A stretch of 64,000 nt of DNA, from NCBI RefSeq assembly GCF_006345805.1, contig NC_043008.1, positions 46,872,001-46,936,000 of the forward strand, given 5' to 3'. The stretch comes from Octopus sinensis (lineage: Eukaryota). Every line of letters begins with the position of its first letter. The stretch's first letter is position 1. The position numbers were made by a program, and so were the translations under genes. Below, one piece after another: positions 1-13,964 of this stretch. The notes beneath the pieces are model-generated. The model was not told the origin of the DNA and made no database searches. It worked only from the letters and a program-made list of their open reading frames with translations.

Positions 1-431
1 GAAGAACTAATACAAACGTAATATGACTATACTATCCCCAAACAACAAGAACAGAGAGAAGGCTAAGAAAACAAACGAACAAACAGAAACGAACCCTTAC
101 TGAAACGATCCAATCAAATGCCACCTTGCTTATATTAAGGGACAGTCAAAAAATGTTGCGCACTAATCGCGGGATTGCCGCATATCTTTTAGAAATGTTT
201 GTATGTGCGTTTCTCGTCTCTTACTGCTTCAAAAAAATGCATCGAAGACAGGAAACCATTTTCAGTTTCCGATTACCCATATCTCAAAGCATATAATACT
301 ACACTTTTCACGGAAAACGGGTGAGGGTGGAAACACTCGGAAATCACCAACCCCAACCTCAGTAGTGGTGGGGGGGATGGACTGCATGCCCTATCTTCCT
401 AGACACCCTTCGCCACTGTTGTATATATTTT

Positions 432-636
432 TGTCTGTGTTTCTTCACCTGCCGGCACTTGACAACCGATGTTGGTGGGTTTACGTCACTGTGCCTTAAC
501 AGTTCGGTAGAAGAGACCGATAAAGTAAGTACTCGGCTTACAAAGTATGAGCCTCGGGGTTGAAATCTTCGACTAAAACCCTTTAGTATGTTGCTCCAGC
601 ATGGCCTCAGTCAAATGACTGAAACAAGTACTAGAA
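432..636 (+). mobile_element. 3' half of CORE-type tRNA-derived SINE (family B)
   Basis: Matches the 3' part of the full copy at 24294-24660 (gacaaccgatg...ctccagcatggcc.cagtcaaatgactgaaaca tail). Confidence 0.8.
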
Positions 637-878
637 TGTTCCCTCCCCTCTTTCCCCACCATCAAAAAGTATCCATTACTAACAATTCACTGCCTTTCCT
701 TTTAGCTGCAACAAATACATTTTTCTTTAAGTTATTTTCTTCCTAGATTTTTTATTTATTTTGTCTTTCCATATTTTTCTACTCATTTTAATTCACATTC
801 GAAGGGCAACTTTAATGCGCTATCCATATTCATCTTCTTATCTTATATTACATTGCGATATAATAAATATTATTTTCT

Positions 879-1084
879 ACTCTAGGCACAAGACCCGAAA
901 TTTTGAAGGAGGGGGGCCAGTCGATTAGATCGACCCTAGTACGCAACTGGTACTTAATTTATCGACCCCGAAAGGATGAAAGGCAAAGTCACCTCGGCGG
1001 AATTTGAACTCAGAACGTAACGGCAGACGAAATACGGCTACGCATTTCACCGGCGTGCTAACGTTTCTGTCTGCTCGCCGCCTT
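879..1084 (-). mobile_element. tRNA-derived SINE (family A)
   Basis: Reverse complement reads ggcggcgagca...gaaacgttagcacgcc...ttctgagttcaaattccgccgagg (A/B-box-like) plus the body shared with 1646-2048. Confidence 0.85.
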
Positions 1085-1645
1085 ACGATATAATAAATAT
1101 TGAACTATTCATGTCCGTATATATTTTTTCTTTTGCCATCAATATATATAATTTTCATAAAAGCACTTTATATTCAATACTTTAAAACTAGCACTGATTC
1201 ATTTCAGTTTTCTACAAAATCATTACAATTAACTTCCTCTTAACCATTCCACTGGTCGATCTTAAATTTTGTAACGATTACTCGATACATTATAATTTTT
1301 GTTTTAAGAAAAATATATTTAATCATATTTCTGAGACTTTTATAATAATATCTGGGATTTTGCATAGAAGATCTTTCTCGTAACTTACCATCGAAGATTC
1401 TAATGCTGTAATTGTTTATAATTAGGCCCTGGCCAGTTACAATTGGTGGATGATTATAGGCGACATATACAATTTTTTATAATCATTTCGAAAATCATAT
1501 AACGAAGAATGATCTTTCGCTTTTAACCCATCATCCGAATGTTTCATTTTAATCCACTTCTAAAAATTAATTTTATTTATTATCTATTAACACATATTAC
1601 GTATTATAATATACATAATTCTGCCGATATCCTTGTAAACAATAT

Positions 1646-2048
1646 TGCAGAACGGTTAGCATGCCAGGCGACATGCTGAGCGGTATGTCGTCTGCCGTTA
1701 CAAGTTCAAATTCCGCCGGGGTCAACTTTGCCTTTCATCCTTTCGAGGTCGATTAAATAAGTACCAGTTACGCACTGGGGTCGATGCAATCGACTTAATC
1801 AGTTTGTCTGTCCTTGTTTGTCCTCTCTGTGTTTGGCCCCTTGTGGGTAGTAAAGAAATAAATGTATTTCGTCTGCCACTACGTTCTGAGTTCAAATTCC
1901 GCCGAGGTCGACTTTGCCTTTCATCCTTTCGGGGTCGATTAAATAAGTACCAGTTACGCATCGGGGTCGATGTAATCGACTGAATCCCTTTGTCTGTCCT
2001 TGTTTGTCCCCTCAATGTTCAGCCCCTTGCGGGCAACAAAGAAATAAA
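1646..2048 (+). mobile_element. Tandem dimer of SINE family A (monomers ~1646-1860 and ~1864-2048)
   Basis: Two head-to-tail copies of gttcaaattccgcc...cctttcatcctttcg.ggtcgattaaataagtaccagtt...aaagaaata; the second lacks the A-box region. Confidence 0.85.
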
Positions 2049-5000
2049 TGTTGACTCATTGTTCCGAGGCATACGACATATATTATTACAATTCTGTGTA
2101 CACGACTTTTATGCTTTTGTAATTTCTTTAATAACTTTGATGGACATGCAACCAATAATGTCAAATCGTTATTACGAGTTATCTTTTATGGGATAAAAAG
2201 CGACTTATACTTCTCATTACCATTCCTCTAACATGCACACAAACAACAATTCTAATCTGCCCACACAACTTAGCTATTCGTTTTAATGAGTGTTTCGATA
2301 AAAACAGTGTCAATATTATCAAGAAACTCTAATGTTGTTGAACCTATGTAATAGCTTTTTAATATCTGCTCACACGTAAGGATGACCTCAAAACGCTTAT
2401 TATTTAATTTGTCCTTACATAAAGTTATCTCTGGAGATTCTTCCAGGTCTTAGTTGCATATTCTGGACTGTGCATCCATCCTATGGTTTTTTGCCTTTCT
2501 CCATACCGAACACATTGCTACGAAATTTAACCTTTCGCTTTTGCTTTCTAATCAAGGTCCGCGAGCGTGATACATTGACTCTTATTATAATATTATACTC
2601 TGTGGATACTAAAGCGTTCTAGACGTTTGTTAGTGCATGTGTGTTTGTATAGAGGTAGGAATTCATCAGGGCTCGGTCTTAGTAATTTCCTGCTCCTCAT
2701 AATCCCATAAGCGAGACAGAAATTGAAGACTATTTTTCCTTCCATTATTCTCCACATCTCCATCTACCACTTTCTCTTACACTGGTCACTTATTCTTCTG
2801 CTTCCAGTTATTGCTTTCTCTCTTCTTCCCGCTCACAATTTACAACTGACATTCCCCATTATTCAACACTCTTTCATAGCTGCTCTCATTCAAAACAGCC
2901 TCTCGTATCGACCTCATTCTTCGTCTCTCACCCAGCCTCTCATCCATTCCCACGTATCTCTGCCCAGCGTTAACCTATCTTCTAATCTAGCTACAGGTTC
3001 ATTCAGCCATTGTATCCCACCCGTTTTTTCAGTACCTCCTCTTACTTCTTCCACTTTTCCACACAGATAAATGCAATCGAATTTAATGAATTCTTTCTCA
3101 TTCACTAAATTCCCAATAATACCATCTCTAACCATTTGTCACTCTCGTCTCACACTTACACAGCATCTGTCCCTGTTCACTCTTATTGGCACTGTCACCA
3201 CCAACTTCTTTGTCTTTCCAGTCACTCAAACAAACCTTTATATAATGTAGAGGCAGCGATGTATCGCTTCAATAGCAAGGCATTTCTGCTTGTCCCTATC
3301 AACAAACTTTAGCTTCCCAATACTTGGCATTATAACGCCTCCTTCTATAATAAAAGTCCTCTCCTCAGCTGAGAGCTTTTTGTCTTTCTCTTTTAAGTTA
3401 ACACTAGACTGATCATCGCTGCAGCTTTGAGACCTCCCGTGAATAACTATCATTCCAGTAATGCAAGCGTCATGGATACCATAGCAATCGAAAGTTGGAG
3501 CCAAGAAAATTAGGCGAAGTGGTTATGGGAAGGTAGGAGACTGATAAAGTATTAAATCTATATAAAAGCAAAATCAAGCTGAACATATACTCTTTGGACG
3601 TAAACGATAACAACAGCGAACAAGACATGGTTCCACATGCAATAAAGGGAACAAATATAGAAGAATGATATCACAAATTGAAAACCAAAACAAGACAATC
3701 GAATGTATAGGTTCGTGTTTTTTTTTTTATATCGAAAGGAAAAATGATAAAAACACGACAATATTATATGTGTGTTTGTGTGTTTTACTTTTATGAGTAT
3801 ATCTGTCCAAAAAGTTAGTTGTCCATCAGATATAAATCGATCAAATAAGTACAAGTAGATATAGAATCAAATAAACAACTGAAAGCAACGCCGACATTCA
3901 TAAAATGTATTTCATGTATTGCTTTAAAAAGTGCATAAAGATTCTGTTAGATTTGGACTAACAACAGAAAAGGGAAATACGTTTGCAATTATAAGATCAA
4001 AACCTATTGACGTGTATCTGCTAAGAATCATATAAATCTCTAAATGCATAGATAATTCTTGTAGTAAGAATACTAAGACCATTTAAAGAATAAAAGTGCA
4101 GAGGAAATGCTAACCTTCTTCCCCACCCTCATATAGTAGTTTTCGCTATATATGGTTTCACAAGAAAGAACAAAACACAATTAACAATAGATTGTGGCGT
4201 ATGTAGAAGAGATAAGAACATAGAGAATAATGGTATTCTAGCATAATGGCTGAACAAAATCGCTAAATATATTTGATCTTCAATAATGGAAATATTAATT
4301 ATGTTGTAAATGTCTTAAATGATAATTCATAGTTTAAATTACGAAAAACATTTCTGCAAGTAGACGTGCTAATTTGCAGTAGAGATAATTCTGTAATGAA
4401 AACAAAGCCATTGATAATAATTTCTTTTTAAAACTTAAAGGTTATTAAAGTATTTCACTTACACATTTAGGCAGATGGGTGATCTGCTAGTCATACGTAA
4501 AGATACATTTCATAAAAACTTAATCGATATTCATATTATTGATTTTAGAATTAAAGGCTAGTCATGAATAATCATATGCATGGTAAATAAAGAGAATATT
4601 AGTCTGATATAATCGAACATTAGACTTTCATAAATTTGTCAATAAAATCCGACTTAATCTTCAATATAGATAATTTCGAGAGCGACACGAAATGGCAAGT
4701 GGTACAGATTTGTAACAATGTTAGAAAAGAGTTTAAAAATAAACATTTAGGGGTGCCTGGTTCAAGGAAGCCTATAGCCGTTCTCTGCAGAACGTATTCC
4801 TTTTTTGGTCCTGAAGAGACTTTGTTAGCACCAGTGGGTCGTTGCACGAACAACGTGAGACTCATTTGGTTGCTCCGTTTGTCTTCACACTGGGTTTTTT
4901 TTTTCAAATTGAGTAGATTTGAGCTCCGCAAAATGCCTGGCCCAATATTACAATTCGAACCCATGACCGGAACTCGGTCTAGAGCCCAGTAACGTAAATA

Positions 5001-5349
5001 CTACATCACGCACTATATCATCGAAATGTAACTCGTAAACCGTAATACATCGATATTTTCTATAGATAAGTGGTATTCGTAGTCAAAAGAAAATCTTATA
5101 ATTACACCTATACTGTCAGTGTTTATATTATATGCATACATTCAATAAAGACATGTATATAATGAAGATTAGACATATATAATCAGTGTATACGTGTGTA
5201 TACTCAGCGTATGTTATGCAACATAATGCAGTTCAGAGCAAAGCAGAGACACCTGAAGGTCCTTCATTTAATTGAACGTATTTAATTAGAAAATATTAGC
5301 AACCTGTATAGGATTTATGTTGTTATTTTGTGTTAAAATACAAATTTAC

Positions 5350-6100
5350 CAAGAAGACTAATCTTGCAACTAATCTAGTAGTTTTGTGCTCACCAAGCAT
5401 AATAAATTCCAAGAAAACTATTCAATTATCGGAATCAAGGTGTTCGCCTTAATTTGCATATCTACGTATAAGATCACCTTGTAATTTCGCCTGGATCAAC
5501 GTTGAGTATCATCTTTGTATCGGCATAAACTGAACTCGTTTTAAATATCAATTCCTACCTCTGGACATTTAGTAATTTTCAGCTTCAATATAAATATTTA
5601 AATCAATTATTATTCTTACAGAATCACTTCAAACATTGTCCTTGGCAATATCATTCATTCTAGAAGAATCATAATAAATTGTCTTGTAAAGAATTTGTCT
5701 TCCAGCTATGTATCTATGGCAACTCATCATTGTAAGTTCCACTTCCCTGCTTGAGAATTTGAATTGAGATTTAAATACAACGAAAATCTCCTTGAATATT
5801 ATTGTTTATTTGCTGTAACAACGGGGGAGAAGCTCCATCTCGCAGCATTTGTTTACTTAACGGTAAATATAGTTGCAAGGAATTAAATGTCTTTTCCACA
5901 TACACATCATAACAACATTCACCAAGACGATAAAAAGAAGTCATACACCGATCTTTTACTTGCGAGTTAAATTCAATGACTTTTCGAAATAAAAACAGCA
6001 ATTTCATTGAAACGATAATCGCTCTAATGGTGTCTCTATCTCCACAATTATGCTGATCACAAATGTCAGGAATTAAAGATTACCTCCTGACAAAAAGTGC
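5350..6100 (-). pseudogene. Highly decayed hAT (Charlie/ZBED-like) transposase remnant
   Basis: Manual minus-strand translation gives LERL..NEIAVFISK, WKRHL..CNY and KLQGDLI, resembling hAT motifs (LERFFELREEI.LF, LQ.ELIEL); many stops and frameshifts. Confidence 0.35.
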
Positions 6101-7779
6101 CAAACCTCATTAGAATTCATTTATAGTTTGATGTGCCAATTTCTGAGCACCTTTTCTGTTTCAGTTTGTTTCAGATTTTTACTTCAAATTTATATTTCAT
6201 GTAACTGCTACAACATTTGCTCTCAAATTCCAAGAAATGTTTTTGCACCAAGTTAATGCGATAGTGGATGGCGATTCTGAATATATCAATGATTACTGAG
6301 GTGATGCTGAAAGTTGTGGTTTTGATGTTAGCTGTCAGAATGATTTTGAATATCAGAATAATGTCTTGTAATATTTGTTCCCAGCTAAGTTCAAATTCTT
6401 CCGAATTTGACTTTCACTATCTTCTCTGTGACTTTAGTAAATTAAAGTACCAGACAATTAATAGGGCCCATGCAAGTGCCGAAGCTACTTGTCCTAAATT
6501 TAAGACAAAATATTCACATCTCTTCCTGGGAGTCAATTGTACAAACTAGAGTACGCATTGTTGGATTGTGAGGTAGTTTTGAAAATCCGAAATGCCTCAC
6601 AGGCCAATTGAGCTGTTGTCACCCGTATGTAACTGTAATATATTATATGCTAGAAATCAAAACAGTGTTAGCAATAAGATTGGAAACGTCTAATCAATGA
6701 AACGTAATCCAGTCAGATATAGTTTTTGTCTGGTATTGTATATCTTTAGATAATTAAATTATTAAATATCCATGATACTCAATGTATGTGTGTGACTGCT
6801 TGATAAGATACAGGTCAGAATGGGCCAAATTATCTCTAATTCATCTATTTGCTACATTACGCGGTGATGTATTTATACACACAAAATACAAACATGCTTT
6901 CCAGTGGGAGGAAATATTAATAATAAAGCTATTAAACGTTAGAAAGCGATATTAATTTTATATTAGAAATCGATATTATAGCTATTAGAACCATTCTTGC
7001 ATCATCGTTTCAGAATATATTGTATCGAACAGCAGATTTTCTTTCAAAAGTAAATTTTCCCTCAAACACATAATCACAAACAACACACGCGAAGAGAAAC
7101 ATATGTATCCGTACGAATGTACATCCAACTATACACCCCCGCATACAGGTATTTATACATACACTCATTTATATGAATGTATATAGACAAATAATATTAT
7201 ATACACGTACATTAATTTACTTTTCTAAATAAGTAGTTGAACTATAGAATTAATTGTAAGATGTATCATTGAATATTTGCCTTTATTTATGTAACTCTAC
7301 ACTCAAATATGTCCATTAAATACATGTTTGATTGAGTGTATCAGTAGAATCATCCGTTGAATTTGGCAATTTGTGCTTCAGATGTTTGATCGACTGAATT
7401 AAATACATATTCCTTATCGTGCTATAATGCCTGATTAAAAATAGATGAATGATCCAGAAACTGTAGAACGAAGATGTTGTTCTTCTCTTTTCTATACGGT
7501 TCTGATATACTTGATAGTGGCGAGCAATCTCGAGTCCTTTCGAATGAGATGTTGGGTTTTGTGGCATCAAGTAGCTTCTCACTGAAGCTATTTCTAGTGA
7601 GTACAGTAATATTTTTGGTGGGGCCAAATATCGCCTATCCCTGAGATTCTAAAAGAAGACATACTAATTATTATTATTATGGCTGAATATGTCTTGAAGG
7701 CTTAATATATGTATTACGGTATCATTGGTGAGTATTTAGTAGAGATAGATTTTACATATATTTAAATCTAGCGTTCTCT

Positions 7780-8150
7780 CAGAGGTGGCCATCGCTAAGA
7801 CTTCACAAATAGTTATGCTCAGGCAATATTTTACTAAGTTGCCTCGGATGAGTATTTGCTTCGATCTCTTATACTCATTAACCTGTTCCTTAACGTCATA
7901 ACTAACTTAGTAGTATACCAGTGTATGTTTTATCATCCATCTACATTTTCCAAATAATATAAATAGTTCACCAAATATCTGCTATGGCAAGTGTACACAC
8001 TACAAAATCGGATTATTTATATAATATTTTTCTTTTCAGTCTTTTTCCATCAATTTGACTTTGTCCTTTCCAGGCCAGTGTTCATTATCGATTTCATTTT
8101 ATCAATAAATATTGACTGACAACTATTTATGCAACCCACATTCTAGTAAT
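7780..8150 (-). mobile_element. Possible decayed RTE-like LINE RT fragment
   Basis: Minus-strand peptides NIFIDKM-like and EQVNEYK resemble the RT motifs LFNIYI and EQVNEFKYLG; weak. Confidence 0.25.
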
Positions 8151-10958
8151 GCATAGATATGTGGGATGCTGATGCTGACGCTGCTATATAAACATCCTAA
8201 ACACATCCACTAAAAAGGTAATTCGGCTGATTTCCAAAAACCCATTGACCAAACTCAAATATGACCAGCAGTTCATGTATTTATAGATATCGTTTATAGA
8301 ATTGTATATAGAAATGTATAATAGTCCCACCTAACTCATGTTTGACATTTTTAAATATATCAGAAAGTATCAAACAAACAACTGTATACTAGATCTTTCT
8401 AACTCGGATGCAGTAGCCTCTGTGCAAGTTTGTTGCTTGCTAGAAATAGCAACGGAATCTTAATATTTAAACCACGTCTTTAAAAACACAAATAAACTGT
8501 ACAAATATTCCACCGGATACGACCCTGCCTTCTGTTTTTTTGTCATAGATTCCACATTAAATTTTTTTTTTTGCATAATTACCTATTCATTAACAAATAC
8601 ACCTTTTCCTTTTACAATTTTTCGAAACGTGTACCAAGAATCCTATGTCAGGAGATTTCTCGACAGAAAACGATGTTTTAATGTAATCCTATTATTCTTA
8701 TATATTGAAAGTGTGACTCAAAATGCACAAGACTGCTTTGAAGTGTATAAGTAAGATTGTTTTGTAAATAATGCATCTAGAATGGTGAACCAGTTATACA
8801 GCATCAGGCAAACCAATAATGGATGTGTATATTGTCGATTGTATCAATAGTGATATCAGACTGATTTTCTTTAATCCTAAGCTACGCCCCTAAGGTGGAA
8901 AAGACGAATTGCATAGTGAAGTCCAGAAAAGACCAACCCGAATGGAATGAATTTCTGATTCAAATAAACAAATACCAGTTTCGCTCTTCTTGTGATAAAT
9001 AATATAGAATTCAGTAACATTTTTTACTGGATTACTTAGATATGGCAACTCTCCAAATGTCGTGGGAAAGAATAGTGAGAGGAAAATGAAAGACGAGACT
9101 ATTCTTCAAAGCCAAACCTTTTCACACTTGAATATGTTTGACTCTCATATCCAAAGCCTTTAATTATGCCGAATGACAGTCCTCCAAGTTCCGCTTCTAT
9201 TTCACTTCCTTAGATATTTAATGTAATCCAGAACGAGTGTCGACGATATATATATTGCCTGTGCAAGTGTATGGCTTCACCGAAATGATACTTTATGCCT
9301 ATACATATGTGCATCATAATAACGGTAGAGCCTTCTAAAATGACTTCTGTTTGCTGAGGTTGACTTCGCAGCTCCTGCTTGAATCGTAATGATTTTGAGA
9401 AGGATACTACAACGAATGAATCTTCCCATAAACTGTAAAACTGCGATATTAGAAATTCCACTTAAATTAATTAATGTTAAACAATAGAAAGGCAGCTAGC
9501 TAGCCATGACGTGGTTCCACGTCCAATTGTCAGACATCAATTCATTTACATCACTAAATATTTTGATATTGTCATGCATGCGGAATATTCAATCATGTAT
9601 ATCGTTTCATGTTTGAAGGAATGGGTTTATGATGGGAAATAAAATTGCTGATTTATACTTAGAGAAACGAAAACAATTAGGATGATTTGCATACCGCTAT
9701 TCCATATGACACACGTTTAATAGAACAATGAGTTAGGATCTACCTAAACATTGTGGTCCGCGTGAAATACAACAAGGGTTTGTTATTCATAGGTGACAGC
9801 TGATGCATACACACACACACACATACACAGGTGAGCAAAAGTACACACATCAACGCATAAGTATACACACGCACACACAGACACCCATGCAATATATCTG
9901 TATGTATGTATGTATGTATATAAATAACTATGTATGTATGTAAATACTATTTTTATTGTTAAAGACGATGAGACCACCGATACAGCGATAGGTTGAAATC
10001 GATTTCTTGGTCATATTTAGTAACATACATGAATAAATTAAACATGTCTACCGTAATTTGTTAGTTGACATACTATACAGGATGTTGGTGTTTAATTTTC
10101 CATTGGCAATCTCAAATTGTATTGAATGAAAATAGAAATAATTGGTTAAGGTTACATCCTAACATTTCTAACATTTTACGAAAATAAGTTTAAAGCAGTA
10201 AATTTAATGCATTTATATTTCCTTTTCAGAATAATATTAAGGAGCAACAAGTTGTCCGTTAACAGAACATTATTAAGAATTCCTTTCCATACATTGTGCC
10301 TTTATATTTATGATTACGATAATAACAATTGAAGAAGGGGACATTTAAAAGAATGCCCTTAGATTTGTTTGTGCTCATCTCAAGAAATTCTCAGCGGTCG
10401 GGCACTAATATTTCCGTTGGTCACTCAATGAACTCTCTTTTGTTGTTATCACCCTTAAGAATTAAACATGGGAATCCCAAACAGTATTCTTTCATATATT
10501 TACTTAGTGTTGCTTATTAACGTAATTAGCGCTTGCTACTTAGCTGTGGCAGCTATCGATTTCCTTTACGTTTTTTATTCAACAATGCTTCACAAGTTTT
10601 TTTAAAATTTGTCTCGATGTTTTTTTAACTTTTTAGACATGGGAAAACCACATCAAGATCCTCTAAATACTCAATCAAGATCATCTAATTACTCAGTAGT
10701 ACAGCACGTGTAGGAAACCTGTCTCTTTCTTATGAGAACGACGATTCTTCAACCCCTGAAAACTTATAGAAACTACCATGCTTACTTCAAATGTAACTTC
10801 CTATCAAACAGCACAAGTACTCGAAACAATTTTCAATCAATGATGTCGAATTTCAAAATGTTCTCTTTATCTGTTATTACAATGCATTATTTTTTATATG
10901 TTTAATGTGTGTGTGTGTGTATGTGTCTATGTGTGTGTGTGTTTACCTATTTATGTTT

Positions 10959-11098
10959 ATTATTTACATTCGACGGATATTTGTCCTCATCTTGTTTGTT
11001 GTTAACACAACGTTTCGGCTGATATACCCTCCAACATTCATCAGGTATCTTGAGGAAATCTCGAACCTGGGTTCACATTCCTAAGGTATTTTTTCGAA

Positions 11099-11168
<70 letters not shown>

Positions 11169-11244
11169 TCACTGCCTCGAATCGAACTCGGAATCTTGGG
11201 ATTAGTAGCCCGCGCTCTTAACCACTATGCCTTAGGCTCGTGGG

Positions 11245-11300
<56 letters not shown>

Positions 11301-11442
11301 CAACAACAACATTGAAAAATACCTTAGGAATGAGAACCCAGGTTCAAAATTTTCCCAGATACCCGATGAAGGCTGGGTATATCAGCTGAATCGTTGTGTT
11401 AACAATGGAGATGAGGACAAATATCTGTCGAATGTAAATAAT
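10959..11442. mobile_element. Palindromic element: ~135-140 bp inverted arms with hammerhead-like core around (TTA)n - tRNA-like head - (AAT)n
   Basis: Arm 10959-11098 is the reverse complement of arm 11311-11442; minus-strand tRNA-like head at 11165-11244 with TAGTGGTTAAG and GAGTTCGATTC boxes; CTGATGA...GAAAC on the minus strand at 11012-11044. Confidence 0.8.
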
Positions 11443-11474
11443 GTAAATAATTCCTCATCTCTTAAATACAGATC

Positions 11475-11645
11475 TCTATGTCTGTGTTTGCATTGCCGTA
11501 ACGTAGCGGTTCGGCAACAGTGTCAGATATAATTAGTACCAGGCTTTAAAAATAAATAAATATAGAGGCCGATTCGTTTGACTGAAATCCTTCAAGTTAG
11601 TGTCCAAGCTGGGCCGAAGTCAAATGACTGGGACGCGTAAAAGAT
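11475..11645 (+). mobile_element. Diverged 3' fragment of SINE family B
   Basis: ccgtaacgtagcggttcggcaa...agtcaaatgactg similar to the other family B tails. Confidence 0.65.
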
Positions 11646-13216
11646 ATCTAGGTTGACCATTAAAGTTTACAAACAACAAACTGGGCTAAATGAAAACCAT
11701 TTAAGGCACTAGAAAAATAGACAAAATATTCTAGGTTCGCAGTAATGATTATGGGGTTAATGATTTCAGGGTGATACTTAATTGCAAACAACATCGGACT
11801 AATATGGTTGATTGTAAGGGTTGTTATGATGACGTGACAATAAACTAAACATCTCTTGGCGTGTATAAATTGTCACATTCAGTTGTAAGAAAATGCCATG
11901 GGGTCAGATAAAGCTTCAAATTTCTCTGCTGATATCAGAATATCACTTACACTTGGGAAATTGAAAACCAGTCTCAGCAAGATCAATTACCTGAATTAAT
12001 AATTCAAATATTCACATTTCGGAAATTGCTAGGAATTTAGCTGAATACAGAAATTAAAATAATTGTCTGCATACCACACCAAGCAAGAACAATTTGGAAT
12101 TTTGTAGAATGTTCCCATCAATGCCGACCTTAATAATGGAATCAGTGAGCTACAATGATATATCACTACAATTATTCCGGCTAGTTTCGTATGAAGATAA
12201 TAACTTTTGACATACCCGCATAAAACACGCACGGCTAGACTTCAACTAACCCCGGCAAAAGATTCACATAAAATATTGTGAAGTCTTAAACCAAATTTGG
12301 ATAGTGAAAAAGAAATTGGCGAGAGTAATTTTAATTTAATAAAATATAAAGAACTCAAATTAAGGCCAGAAGAAAGATATTCTGTAAATAATGCATCAAA
12401 AATGTCGACAATTAGATGACACTCACAAGCAATGGAACAACTTGCTTACATTGATGCGAGAGTTGGTATTTTCATACAAAATAATTATGTTCTGTAGAAG
12501 TCAAATGTTAGCTCCAATTAAAAGATTAATAATTATCTGCTATTAAGATTATATATGAAAATGTTTCTCCCCCTTGTACGAGAGTGACAGGGGCAGAATG
12601 ATATGTACGTATTTGTGTGTGTCTGTGTGTGTGTGTGTGTAATTATAGACAGATACATACATACATACATACATACATACATACATACATACATCATACA
12701 TACATACATATGTCAATACTGCTGCGATTTGTTCGAATAAACACTTCACGTAAGTGCATAAGCATGGTCGCACTCTAATGACTGAGACAAGTTAAAGAAT
12801 AAAAGAATTTCAAGTATATAAAGTATAAAAACTCTGTGCATCTACACAATTTTTATTGTTTGTGTAAATGTGTCGGAATAGAAATTTATAGAGGAATATC
12901 TGTAGCGAATCCCGTGTAGATGCATTTTAGCAGCAATGCAATGCAAATGAGCTTATGATCTCGAAAACTCGATGATGCATTAATGGTAAGCAATTTATAA
13001 GTATAATTGATATATCGAGTTATGTGAGTCAATTTAAAATAGAAGCTGAGACAATATCAAAAGAAATTTTATACGCTGACTGATTACCCATATATCACGT
13101 CAATGAAGTTCTTAAATACATTTCCGCTGACCTATACTTTTCTGCACACACACACACACACACATGTATCTACATGCATTATACATACAGAGGAACACAC
13201 TAACACACACTTCTGA

Positions 13217-13267
<51 letters not shown>

Positions 13268-13707
13268 CACGTGTGTGTGTGTGAGTATTTTCATGCATGT
13301 TTGTGTTTGTGTGAGTCTTTGTATACGTATGTGTGCGTGTGTGTTTGTGTAAGGTGCTGCTCGCACTTTGCCAAGGCGGCACCCGAGGCTACGTCTGATG
13401 GTATACCATCCAGGCCACATCAGTGGAACCGTTTTCGACAGATGAATTCGTGAACTTCACAAATATAGGTATTCGAAATGATTTAACATAGTATAAGTTT
13501 CACAGAGCAGAACATTTTCAATGATTTCGTTATTCTTTCGGCCGATACTTACGTACAAGAATTAAGATAATGTGTGTATATTATTCTGACATAACAAGGT
13601 GCCTTAATTTATGTACCTAATTCAACCCAATTTTACTTATATACTGTATATAAATAGAGAGAGAGATGTGAGTGTGCATATATATACACACGCACACACA
13701 CACACAC

Positions 13708-13774
<67 letters not shown>

Positions 13775-13955
13775 TACGTAGCAAGTGACCTGATCTGAGA
13801 TCGTGTACTGGAACGAAAACAATTGCAGCGTGGAAGGTGTTTATAGGCCATTTAGGAAACACCCAAACAAAAACCAGTTATATACACTCCAAGATTTAAA
13901 TTTAATTTGCCAAAATATTTTCGTCGCTTTGAGACCGCGACCTGTTCATTGATTT
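13775..13955 (-). mobile_element. Short microsatellite-bounded non-autonomous module with hammerhead-like stem II/GAAA (PLE pseudo-LTR-like)
   Basis: Minus strand TCAATGA..GTCGC-9nt-GCGAC-GAAA at 13917-13952; bounded by (GA)n and (TA)n. Confidence 0.45.
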
Positions 13956-13964
13956 TATATATAT

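Noticed and set aside
2723-3550. Purine-biased minus-strand segment with faint Ginger/Gypsy integrase-like wording (similar texture at 17060-17780)
   Set aside because: No HHCC or DDE motifs could be reconstructed; left unclassified
9250-9450. Possible minus-strand exon with an Ig-like phrase (QPQQTEVILEGSTVI)
   Set aside because: An acceptor-like ttttacag exists, but the canonical Ig Cys spacing, a convincing donor and companion exons are missing
11165-11244. tRNA gene
   Set aside because: A and B boxes are present but the anticodon and acceptor stems pair poorly, and it is fused to a repeat body, so it is a SINE-type head
13345-13455. GC-richer island with palindrome gatggtataccatc
   Set aside because: Too short, with no coherent ORF, splice sites or second copy
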